DNA of 27,582 nucleotides, from assembly GCA_016196515.1 (NCBI GenBank), contig JACPXN010000097.1, positions 1 to 27,582 on the forward strand, given 5' to 3'. Origin of the DNA: Candidatus Omnitrophota bacterium (GTDB lineage: Bacteria > Omnitrophota > Gorgyraeia > Zapsychrales > Fredricksoniimonadaceae). This document shows, piece by piece, positions 12,001 through 15,514 of the stretch (position 1 is its first letter; each line of letters begins with the position of its first letter). The translations under genes and the position numbers were made by a program. The notes beneath the pieces are model-generated. The model had not been told where the DNA came from, did not search any database, and was given only the letters and a program-made list of their open reading frames with translations.

Positions 12001-12230
12001 GGATCACTGCTAGTGCATATAGAAGCACGCTGCAACTCATTCCTAGGATCATTATAGCAGGTTCGAAAGCCCCGGCAACTATTTGGCTAAAGATCAATGA
12101 GGCCGCGGCAATGTTGCCTAAGTTAAAAAGCACTTTACTAAAGATCAATGAGGCCGCGGCAATGTTGCCTAAGTTAAAAAGCACTTTACTTAGCTCCTTA
12201 CGTTGGATTTCGGGGAATAGTAAATTCTAA
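3..12230 (+). CDS. Giant multidomain membrane-associated protein, 5'-partial (>4,070 aa)
   Basis: The frame of ORF 57..12230 is also open from nt 3 (WGRIFAFASPKANQAAEAL...), so the TTG at 57 is probably not the true start. Single stop TAA at 12228-12230. Contains several recognisable enzyme-like domains and TM hairpins. Confidence 0.85.
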   Translation, partial: WGRIFAFASPKANQAAEALARIKAQIYRELQGGVPAKGIKAVFEELLALDEEARKIFEKWGRDLILNAIDPAMGLWLVPNIGEHAQVREEQIALLGKFQCPFMIGTETATEGPSTGIFKLVIEPWFAAQKAELEKEGLTDAYRMAVCDILNTALREKPGRWAEGFYRQIYDSSEQFDQMLKTAMEKLTQEPGKEKFKRNVELARKNVAMCRELCGVFEDAMLELLSDYSGLSKELKGLIMREAGAAKYHALHEIANEWLAILQPTKYQQEEPLMAVFMDAKRAYLQTVSAQMNLLEKGDFAHVSLRMLLAEGRQQQVDLLAQRIAPHYREGLFKEQEAAAFFDNIAAVLLGEADSRVKLDIKMEHDGPVVLKLNFVPTPGEFRRLEDLLNSRLEAVINGQGTVTSHYLLCSTKKYPTYIIDASRPDETKGLLPNEEVILMNGKIYLRPGKTRRRESALQVEAAQKFDRAVRVRAPSSRVRVGANQDTPQGIKFAVGENGADFIGLARLENMCDRMVFLTAREFAQKFLAIVDAAKGKPVTLRVVDIPEKTDKVPAPFAFARRQGDLWWKDHPLGRAVTRQIARATQQLLEQRKTAQVKFILPMVNSTEDLDEADGLWSQAIGRAPDRRLGVMVETKGALDDRERLARRAGASSFGTNDWTAALYGIDRLAAESATFYDNIMPRIVWGEAHYARLANEGGVIPSVCGDQAGDKRFWVVRDIFKRRGILIDISVAPALVPLAKTWIDVLERLDPGKVPGLSLVENMVGHIMDSRYEDLGDRANEAFDTALREVVKTVDRALGEELRALDTTPPFVPDHGPSNDGKVRDLGTLVVMTVGLGSLSGFYGLTALAVFVLSAVFMAMGHWRNQETAQQKVEKELRRGLGKIMELFERAHGTSAQNKNADHVLIRKLRAGVIRHNIDNPYRVKKGTAVTILINGDTIIDALPQRLRPRNYPMQKPWAVVFTYFDHPIRRWAHFESMVSLYGRGEPGRERSNQSTGPVDYVADKKATNHLRWFSIAVVAAFLGVVTAHAWAVGVAVLGVGVAMTVILVPLIWALHHKDNQRHIRLLSDGLLETVALAHGMSDASNALVPFDGAFARIVGGIGASRRAILREWARSLTLVDVLGQSYIPYYGMRLDSEDMERVEDTARATARDVNIILPGPVTLGHSVSGGGLPMQEWHLKGLSVYKLFRMLVRLPFVQKNFFQGVVISRETNEPFVGLAIHGLNNRIGMDIVRSLSLDESAAGVELVGIIGRREGYSNRRFQQIYATQGGLPNAVMRQIFKNITNQSSAFLNHVRLPEGVVRKEFVPGGSTDALARAQVIILAGRINSFTEEDALALIVLAPAVNGGRPGAIIIEATPYAASDEARKTLADSGRLLINASTANIGELTAMAMEYQYRLRAEKFKPHHGEYVKTEITGRVIANAYRQMRNLQDIPEDQPRQYLEMVARENINYIQRFDALLDWLFDQTERMDRLSSVLRQEELHRLSLRFERETGTGNDHQEAARRFIGLVRRQTRRVPDQSRDLNYTYLLRQTVFEQISGRWVSPEEIERCVPLLSDKSAQNKMGRVAAVFLIAERIYKDQKERGVVQGLLAEALKDEYYAVNMQAARAMVVHGHEGAPGDLIDALGTQMDSRVREMIMYALIHGNFKINWPEQIYKARERLGTARAGLKDQYKRRRKFKEDPEKTAAVQAEIYEAAQQVANASFFLGSLYRVRARGGVGGAAALAVHFYHQTSRYFRLATGEAGRRALEFNIKIADLWHEIGEERGSWDALIENDRKAVAALLDVFSVAGSSYLIFSGSKPYAQVTAKGLEFIRSQNPRTAFKKLLMIYGFEATAAEDFAYAVTEFLRRKPPTQDGTRDFWMRKETHWAGLRRGVSELMGEFSLSEVGRAVNKHEIWSQNSVWMKLILLTGSYLFVPVELKLNARAPYEGFNEQVAALEALVRKMIVAKKVPDLNKQGLSPEALDFVKWLLKETGVLKAGRRGQWAAFRGKLTKEEKEKLEVFKADAGSRRLLDPRTVASAIDLVVPALPRDMLAPKKVFYIETSGRSPPNATFVNDDIVVFAGPQVKIIPSLLARILIHEIIESYWVQHHPSVRMERRHELARQAEAWQGIAAEGASDIIQMFELRDKRPVTGPLTRRHLPPFIVQQRLKAKDLYAAYFDMLTMFDGIFEHPFEAESRALENYWHSFGWEHLTPLAIQLREIRECQDKVRLLGARYQIWEQSRTTAELFLRKQQLYNRVGLPTAGSMPVQAQDVRAVFEVLQDLPIRDSAQFIVLQGLVDDLLNTSWSGEICDGPAWFFDQLRFAKIPVAAMHDSRRVYVDPRLKTRQRTKDILYYRAAMAGQRLSVLGYPKEACLATQGGIYVHMKERENYEAYKTYVSQQQELDAQVRPKLRLFRQWVWARHVRRHFSRRSRELMIIKDYRRLHQGSVQLIRMSGLLEQITDVRGRLDRTLLVQLTGRASKQNRRDLRSLRQEEEKLHERVLYFLGTGPDRRALIPRFFALIWRKLQDGTDLAATRDRKILTPQQEQILRETFREQEEHVRNFSKPLFIRYINETAVRLLALQWITTDHLAYSLKKRGGKKDIRTMNGFFDDLKIMGADLWAMHYQDRLSRREKMLVHEDLVNARDKQKLYGVLTHEEGAIRRFPHDFNLILQGIVEFGLAGVTGQERIKIKQMGQNGLNRPQKLLLVRLRAWQEDMQRSPGNHRYGLIFVDSQIKSLLKGAGRGVLGMTAENYRDTIPNSLQGGFNVGVMAVVGLIGAALFAFMSLAASTARATGLFAAPVGVQTTAQSMPWMMLLAVVLAGGLMLGARRVAAGTAHNNDRQYYTKKRNGQHEQTCACRTAHNVPLSSVNNIIEVEYNITKEKNPIRNIPFSNVPATTCPKINVTAARFPRLNRALLSSLRWIELNVIEKVSMIKDLLRILTGGVDVVKRSMGNASLTTMTINISIDYGPMAAAEAIATLALDKAQVIGYRKGNQHSIYTVIARAEIPGHQFLSRELFDTDRPGRSGKYDLLFNAQGHLLAIFPVFGFSILRRHKFLDFSPFYVAVPRLDSPGASEKWDAFYKEYLSNQKLIEGYQKRFSIWGNSYVEVVNGPYEYVEINKVTGEWEGRELNVARAQPYFDMKSHSVHRALIPVFPSVYAQTSITSAKDRTYYSSLWADTPAPVGLREGGRVVLVGPGSGPDAWVLALKTKTAIRVFGKNPMEVANVRATARLLGFSVRAEVADNIIDDRGHLRFDPLDYDLIVWNMPNYAPDSGYYVRKKSVGFESIWDGEHGEVLTRFAMGVKHAARRNPAIRAFIWNSGFRQVGEVFGRNGLYTQRYLLDRSNLAVYLIGRRAAQENYRDTIPNSFQGGFNVGVMAVAGVIGAAGVGIITLTLKGMPVQNGWGAVLVVLAAVGLMLGAGGIAARVANGDKKRKQSKNEQKDHIGHRRAHSHLLSLSRIIAQAKNNKKDNSPITNNQTSGRPVTVWPNIMNGYIETVLWRFLTGGVDVVKRSMGNASLTATAINISIFGRFVKWTVAADPARTKNKMTPEELADLNARMEAYIKEHKQEVLLQPPAHAQEKARVIALLSSRKENQADARALADAKVINAPPSLLAVILDSKASRNSNTVFSVLLTIGGINYIVPIADIEASLMYEAVNSRLRAQGAGYDEIWEAYCLLGKDITIALEDHSARHDAFDAMGTQLLVGICSAGLALSAAVLALSGCATAPEKPSAPDSAELQRDFDAASSQAEHFSREKTDDPKVLEDMAGILKRWIGPATVQTRVYALRALALSGDKTKGEVIVKFALNNPEADLRREAVKALGGLGDRSVADDIVKRLSDKDPWVVAEAARVLWDWKHAGVVKLLTDAWEAAQGKEGFWPARSLIEDILRKAAGDSDNSMSGPAKEWLKNHGDTIPNSPRAGSAVGVMAVAGVIGAAGVGITTLTLKGMPVQNGWGAVLVVLAAVGLMLGARRVAVAAAHHNKGPDRSDYSNSQISPSNTVHIIPPSFLSRITASAYRSTLQLIPRIIIAGSKAPATIWLKINEAAAMLPKLKSTLLKINEAAAMLPKLKSTLLSSLRWISGNSKF
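300..2250 (+). other. PTS enzyme I (PtsI)/PEP-utilising enzyme-like region of the giant protein (boundaries approximate)
   Basis: Ordered motif matches to EI: ATEGPSTGIFKLV (~ASPGIAIG), GTVTSHYLL (~GGxTSH phospho-His), GADFIGLARLE (~GAEGIGLFRTE), PVTLRVVD, FILPMV, LGVMVET, FGTNDWT..IDR, VCGDQAGD. Confidence 0.75.
3400..4350 (+). other. Degenerate Glu/Leu/Phe/Val dehydrogenase-like region of the giant protein (boundaries approximate)
   Basis: GPVTLGHSVSGGG (~GVVTGKP..LGGS), AIHGLNNRIG (degenerate QGFGNVG), IIIEATPYAASDEARKTLADSGRLLINASTANIGELTAMAMEY (~IAEGANGPTTPEADEIL..RGILVVPDILANAGGV.VSYFEW). Confidence 0.6.
6240..6330 (+). other. Zincin-like HExxE motif (LIHEIIE...RHELA..AE) within the giant protein
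   Basis: HEIIE at 6249-6263 and a second His at 6309; a variant of the HExxH metal-binding helix. Confidence 0.35.
8213..8280 (+). repeat. Module-boundary direct repeat X, copy 1 (ENYRDTIPNSLQGGFNVGVMAV)
   Basis: 68 nt matching 10037-10104 with 2 mismatches; the core gggacacaatacccaattc is also at 11704. Confidence 0.95.
8433..8549 (-). CDS. Antisense nested small single-TM protein B1, 38 aa (MSGSTGAGLFMLSITFFCVILSIIVMRGSRGDSTRAKH)
   Basis: Hand translation. ATG overlaps the TGA of A1 (ATGA coupling). One hydrophobic helix; C-terminus shared with B2 and B3. Confidence 0.7.
   Translation of the reverse strand: MSGSTGAGLFMLSITFFCVILSIIVMRGSRGDSTRAKH
8546..8761 (-). CDS. Antisense nested small 2-TM protein A1, 71 aa (MLTFSMTFNSIQRKELSKALFNLGNLAAVTLIFGQ...LLTDERGTL)
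   Basis: SD AGGAGGT (plus 8770-8776) lies 8 nt before the ATG. Two hydrophobic helices; homologous to A2 and A3. An in-frame upstream ATG at 8818 is an alternative start. Confidence 0.75.
   Translation of the reverse strand: MLTFSMTFNSIQRKELSKALFNLGNLAAVTLIFGQVVAGTFEKGIFLIGFFSFVMLYSTSIILLTDERGTL
8787..8860 (-). promoter_or_regulatory. Repeat Y copy 1: putative antisense sigma70 promoter TTGATA-N17-GTTAAT plus inverted repeat GAAGCAT-N5-ATGCTTC
   Basis: -35 at 8859-8854, -10 at 8836-8831, IR at 8812-8830. 8787-8837 is identical to 10476-10526; the four differences in 8838-8860 all fall in the -35/-10 spacer. Confidence 0.6.
9520..10020 (+). other. Class I SAM-dependent methyltransferase-like domain of the giant protein (boundaries approximate)
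   Basis: Motif I VVLVGPGSGPD and YDLIVWNMPNY, resembling the NPPY motif of HemK/N6-adenine-type enzymes. Confidence 0.65.
10037..10226 (+). repeat. Module-boundary direct repeat X, copy 2 (linker + TM hairpin)
   Basis: 5' part matches copy 1; 10085-10226 matches 11741-11882 with 1 mismatch in 142 nt. Confidence 0.95.
10212..10319 (-). CDS. Antisense nested small single-TM protein B2, 35 aa (MSPAMPYMIFLFIFGLFALFIAIRNTRGDSTRAKH)
   Basis: SD AAGGAG just upstream, within the end of A2. Hydrophobic helix; RGDSTRAKH* tail. Confidence 0.7.
   Translation of the reverse strand: MSPAMPYMIFLFIFGLFALFIAIRNTRGDSTRAKH
10322..10450 (-). CDS. Antisense nested small membrane protein A2, 42 aa (MYPFIILGQTVTGRPDVWLFVMGLLSFLLFFACAIILLSERR), lacking the N-terminal part of A1
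   Basis: AGAGGA lies 8 nt before the ATG, at the same distance from repeat Y as in A1. Aligns to the C-terminal part of A1/A3. Confidence 0.6.
   Translation of the reverse strand: MYPFIILGQTVTGRPDVWLFVMGLLSFLLFFACAIILLSERR
10476..10549 (-). promoter_or_regulatory. Repeat Y copy 2: putative antisense promoter TTGATA-N17-GTTAAT plus inverted repeat
   Basis: -35 at 10548-10543, -10 at 10525-10520, IR at 10501-10519. Confidence 0.6.
11064..11600 (+). other. Internal lipoprotein-signal-like segment (..AVLALSG-C) followed by HEAT repeats (boundaries approximate)
   Basis: MGTQLLVGICSAGLALSAAVLALSGC with Cys at 11139; HEAT-like repeats RVYALRALAL..., LRREAVKALGGLGD..., DKDPWVVAEAARVL. Confidence 0.6.
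11704..11895 (+). repeat. Module-boundary direct repeat X, copy 3
   Basis: Near-identical to copy 2 over 11741-11882; 11867-11895 is identical to copy 1 at 8432-8460. Confidence 0.95.
11868..11975 (-). CDS. Antisense nested small single-TM protein B3, 35 aa (MNGVGWTYLAIAVIATIGTFIVMRGSHGDSTRAKH)
   Basis: ATGA overlap with the A3 stop; GGGGGA upstream; shared GDSTRAKH* tail. Confidence 0.7.
   Translation of the reverse strand: MNGVGWTYLAIAVIATIGTFIVMRGSHGDSTRAKH
11972..12184 (-). CDS. Antisense nested small membrane protein A3 with duplicated first helix; original 5' end apparently lost
   Basis: Homology to A1 extends upstream (IQRKELSK) but that stretch has no ATG and is bounded by TAG. GTG at 12184 has AAGGAG 9 nt upstream. 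Could be a pseudogene. Confidence 0.55.
   Translation of the reverse strand: MLFNLGNIAAASLIFSKVLFNLGNIAAASLIFSQIVAGAFEPAIMILGMSCSVLLYALAVILLRNEGGII
12087..12190 (+). repeat. Perfect 51-bp tandem duplication (17 codons)
   Basis: ctaaagatcaatgaggccgcggcaatgttgcctaagttaaaaagcacttta occurs at 12087 and 12138. Confidence 0.97.
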
Positions 12231-12232
12231 AA

Positions 12233-12269
12233 TTGACATATTTCAGGGTTTATGATAGATTTAATCTAT
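12233..12269 (+). promoter_or_regulatory. Sigma70 promoter TTGACA-N17-TAGATT (extended -10) with overlapping palindrome ATAGATT-T-AATCTAT
   Basis: -35 at 12233-12238, TG at 12253-12254, -10 at 12256-12261, IR at 12255-12269; the predicted +1 coincides with the ATG at 12268. Confidence 0.65.
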
Positions 12270-13398
12270 GAAAATACCACGTTTTTATCATAATTTAACC
12301 TCTTTTTTAAAACCCAATAAAGTCCTGATCATCTACGGCCCGCGGCAGGTGGGCAAAACTACCTTGATCCGTGATTTTCTCACCACCTATACGGGTCGTT
12401 ACAAACTGGATTCTGGTGACAATGTGCGGACACAAGCCGTTTTAGGTTCTCAGGATTTTGACGGGATCAAAGAATATGCCCAGGGGTATTCTTTAATTGT
12501 CATTGATGAGGCCCAAAGGATCCCCAACATCGGACAGGGATTAAAAATTCTGGTGGATCAGGTCCCCGGTATTCAGGTGATCGCGACTGGCTCTTCCTCT
12601 TTTGAGTTGGCTGGACAAGTAGGGGAGCCGCTGACCGGCAGGAAAACTACGTTGACGTTATATCCGGTTGCACAGATGGAACTGCAAAACCTTTATAATC
12701 CTCATGAATTGAAAGATAATCTGGAGCATTGGCTCGTATTTGGAGGATATCCGGAAGTTACCGCCGCAGAAACGAAGAGCGAAAAGATCCGCCTGCTGGA
12801 AGAACTGGCACAGTCTTATTTGTTCAAGGACATTCTGGAGCTGGAGCGGGTCAAAAATTCCAAGGTCCTCATGGATTTGCTGCGCCTTCTGGCCTTTCAG
12901 ATCGGCCAAGAAGTTTCTTTAAACGAACTGGGCCGGCAGGTCGGGACGGACCACAAGACCGTTGCGCGTTATCTGGATCTTTTTGAAAAAACCTTCGTCA
13001 TTTATAATGTACGGGGATTCAGCCGTAACTTGCGCTCCGAGATCGTGAAAAAGAGCAAATATTATTTTTATGACAACGGTATCCGCAATGCCGTTGTTTC
13101 CAATTTCAACGGCCTGCAACTGCGCAATGATACCGGGGCGCTATGGGAGAATTTTTTGTTTATGGAACGTTTGAAGAAAAGGTCTTATCAGGGGATCTAT
13201 GCCAACAACTATTTCTGGCGGACGTGGGAGCGCCAGGAGATCGATCTGATCGAGGAGCGGGAAGGCAAGGTGTTCGCCTTTGAGTTCAAGTGGGAGGCAA
13301 GGAAGATCAAAGCGCCCGGACAATGGACGCAGGCTTATCCCGAGGCGCTGTTCGAAGTCATTGACAGAGAAAATTATCTTGATTTTATTCTTCGTTGA
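12268..13398 (+). CDS. AAA_14 family ATPase with C-terminal DUF4143 (PD-(D/E)xK-like) domain
   Basis: Walker A GPRQVGKT, Walker B LIVIDE, IATGSS, GGYP, KYYFYDNG, EIDLI...FEFKW. Confidence 0.9.
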   Translation: MKIPRFYHNLTSFLKPNKVLIIYGPRQVGKTTLIRDFLTTYTGRYKLDSGDNVRTQAVLGSQDFDGIKEYAQGYSLIVIDEAQRIPNIGQGLKILVDQVPGIQVIATGSSSFELAGQVGEPLTGRKTTLTLYPVAQMELQNLYNPHELKDNLEHWLVFGGYPEVTAAETKSEKIRLLEELAQSYLFKDILELERVKNSKVLMDLLRLLAFQIGQEVSLNELGRQVGTDHKTVARYLDLFEKTFVIYNVRGFSRNLRSEIVKKSKYYFYDNGIRNAVVSNFNGLQLRNDTGALWENFLFMERLKKRSYQGIYANNYFWRTWERQEIDLIEEREGKVFAFEFKWEARKIKAPGQWTQAYPEALFEVIDRENYLDFILR

Positions 13399-13427
13399 TC
13401 GTCTCAACCTAAGAATGCCCCCTTACC

Positions 13428-13456
13428 TTGACGCTCGCCCATCGGGGTGTTATACT
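13428..13456 (+). promoter_or_regulatory. Sigma70 promoter TTGACG-N17-TATACT (extended -10)
   Basis: -35 at 13428-13433, TG at 13448-13449, -10 at 13451-13456; ATG at 13469. Confidence 0.65.
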
Positions 13457-13468
13457 TTGGCCACAATT

Positions 13469-14917
13469 ATGATCAAATCCATTGCTTTTATCGCGTTATT
13501 GTTTTTTCCCGTTCTGGGCATTGCCCAGGAAATCACGGCCCCGCCGATGGTCGTCGTGCCGCGCATCATGAATTTTTTCAAAGACGTTGGGGCCGCCGTC
13601 ATCACCGGTAAAGAACATAAGAACCGCGCCATCGAATTTTCCATCCAGCAGTTGATCGATGAGAACGCTGATCTCCTTCAAACCGTCCAGGAACAGGCGC
13701 GCACCATTGAAACATTGCGCGGCCGGCTGGCCGATTTTGACGAGCGCGTCTACGATGCCAAAGAACTTTTCGTTGACCTTGAGAAGTATACCCAGTTAAA
13801 AGACACCCTGTTGGGTTATCAGGCCCAGATCGCCCAACGCGACCGTTTGCTGGCCGAGCGTGACGCCCAGATCAGCGCTTTGCGCGGCCATGTCCAAAAG
13901 ACCGGTGAAATTTTCGACCAGGCGGTGGACGCGGCATACGAGGCAAAAAACGCGCTTTTGGACCGGCAATCCCGTCAACTCATGGACCTGAAAGCGGAAT
14001 TGGTCCGGACAAAGGAAGAGTTGCGGTGGGCCCAGGCCGGCCAGCAGGAGTCCATCGACGCTTTCGCGGACGATGTGGCGCGGCTTAAGCAGGAAGCCGC
14101 TTTGCAGGTCGTATCCGGCGAGGAAATGGTCAAGATGAAAGGCGACATGGCGGCGTTGAACTATCAACTGGAAATGAGCCGCCAGGACCTTAAGGCCGAG
14201 GTTGAAGACAAAGCCGGCCAATTAAAAACATTGCAGGAGCGCGTTTCTCTTTATGAGCAATTGGCCGCCCGACATAAGGAAGATATCGCGCTGTTGGAAG
14301 AGAAAGCCGCTTTGACCGACCAGAAAATCCAAAAGGCCGTAACGGATGCCCGGAATGCCGAGAAACAGGAAACAGCCGAACGTTTGGTGGAATTCCAGGG
14401 ACGGTTAAAAGAAACCCTGGATATCAATGAAGACCAGCAGCATAAGATCGCCGTCTATAAAACGCGGGTGAAAGCGCTTGAAAAAGACACCAATGCCAGA
14501 GAGTTGAGCGCTTCCATGATGCAGGCGATCATTGACCAGAAGAACGCTGATTACACCAATACGACGGCGGTGTTAACGGCGAAGATAGCCGGCCTGCAGG
14601 AACGTTTGGCCGTGGCCGAAGCAAAACTGAAGACGAGCGTGGCCCAGGAGGATTTGGACAGGGTCCGGGCCATGCTCAAGTCCTCGCGCGAGGAAATAGT
14701 GTCGCTGGCCAACGCGCTCAAAGACAAAGATGCCAGCGTCGCAAAAATGCGCGCGCAATTGGACTCCAACGCCAAAGAATTTTCCGCCCAATTGGCCCAA
14801 CTGGAACGCCTCAAAGCCCAGATCGATGACGGCCGCAAAAAGATCGAGACCATGGGCAAGCAGATCGCCCGTTTGAAAATGCAACTGGGCGAATCCCGGA
14901 AAAAAGCCGGTCAATAA
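13469..14917 (+). CDS. Secreted long coiled-coil protein of unknown function (~482 aa)
   Basis: MIKSIAFIALLFFPVLGIA-QE looks like a Sec signal peptide; the rest is heptad-rich (E/K/Q/L/A). Start placed at 13469, just after the promoter, rather than 13280. Confidence 0.75.
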   Translation: MIKSIAFIALLFFPVLGIAQEITAPPMVVVPRIMNFFKDVGAAVITGKEHKNRAIEFSIQQLIDENADLLQTVQEQARTIETLRGRLADFDERVYDAKELFVDLEKYTQLKDTLLGYQAQIAQRDRLLAERDAQISALRGHVQKTGEIFDQAVDAAYEAKNALLDRQSRQLMDLKAELVRTKEELRWAQAGQQESIDAFADDVARLKQEAALQVVSGEEMVKMKGDMAALNYQLEMSRQDLKAEVEDKAGQLKTLQERVSLYEQLAARHKEDIALLEEKAALTDQKIQKAVTDARNAEKQETAERLVEFQGRLKETLDINEDQQHKIAVYKTRVKALEKDTNARELSASMMQAIIDQKNADYTNTTAVLTAKIAGLQERLAVAEAKLKTSVAQEDLDRVRAMLKSSREEIVSLANALKDKDASVAKMRAQLDSNAKEFSAQLAQLERLKAQIDDGRKKIETMGKQIARLKMQLGESRKKAGQ

Positions 14918-14927
14918 TTTTCCTCTA

Positions 14928-15200
14928 TCATGATCGGCTTTCCCGCGTAAGCCGTTCCGCGATCCACATGCGGATCAATGTCAAATACCCCAGACCTTTC
15001 TTGGCCGCGGATTCTTTCAAGGAGGCGATCATGTGGTCATCGACGCGGAGGGAGATGAGTCGTTTGCGTGGCTTGCGAAAATGCACATCTTTGACTTCCA
15101 CGAGGTCATCTTCAAATTCAGTTATGGAATGGGTCTTCCAGAACCGGGCCTCTTCATGTTCTGACTTGAATCTTGGAATAGTTTTTCGTTTGGTTTTCAT
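14928..15200 (-). CDS. CopG/BrnA-type antitoxin
   Basis: IPRFKSEHEEARFWKTH...ISLRVD...GLGYLTLIRMWI (ribbon-helix-helix-type C-terminus); SD GGGAG; directly downstream of the toxin. Confidence 0.85.
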   Translation of the reverse strand: MKTKRKTIPRFKSEHEEARFWKTHSITEFEDDLVEVKDVHFRKPRKRLISLRVDDHMIASLKESAAKKGLGYLTLIRMWIAERLTRESRS

Positions 15201-15206
15201 ATTATA

Positions 15207-15470
15207 TTATCTCCCGTAGAACCGCTTACGTTCAGCCTGAGACATGTCCCGGGCGGTGATCACCCGCACGGTTTCCTTTGCCATAAGATCGACAATAATG
15301 GTCAAGTAACGGCCGCCATCTGTTCGGCCTAATAAGCAATATCTTCCCAAACTGGTTTTACAAACAAGAGGGTTATTATAACAGACCTCTTCTGCTTCAT
15401 CAGGCGCTACGTGTTGCTCAGAAATATGGCCAATGTTGTTAAGGTCCCATTTAAAGAACTGAAAGAACAT
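15207..15470 (-). CDS. BrnT family ribonuclease toxin
   Basis: FKWD..N..HI..H.V...EAEEV...GRT..GRYL...VRVITAR; SD AGGAG. Confidence 0.85.
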   Translation of the reverse strand: MFFQFFKWDLNNIGHISEQHVAPDEAEEVCYNNPLVCKTSLGRYCLLGRTDGGRYLTIIVDLMAKETVRVITARDMSQAERKRFYGR

Positions 15471-15483
15471 CGGTGTCTCCTAA

Positions 15484-15512
15484 AGTGTATATGTATATAC
15501 AAAAGATGTCAA
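15484..15512 (-). promoter_or_regulatory. TA operon promoter TTGACA-N17-TACACT with palindromic operator TGTATATACA
   Basis: -35 at 15512-15507, -10 at 15489-15484, palindrome at 15492-15501 in the spacer. Confidence 0.7.
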
Positions 15513-15514
15513 CA

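Noticed and set aside
13280-13468. N-terminal extension of the coiled-coil ORF
   Set aside because: It overlaps the ATPase gene and the promoter; the signal peptide begins at 13469.
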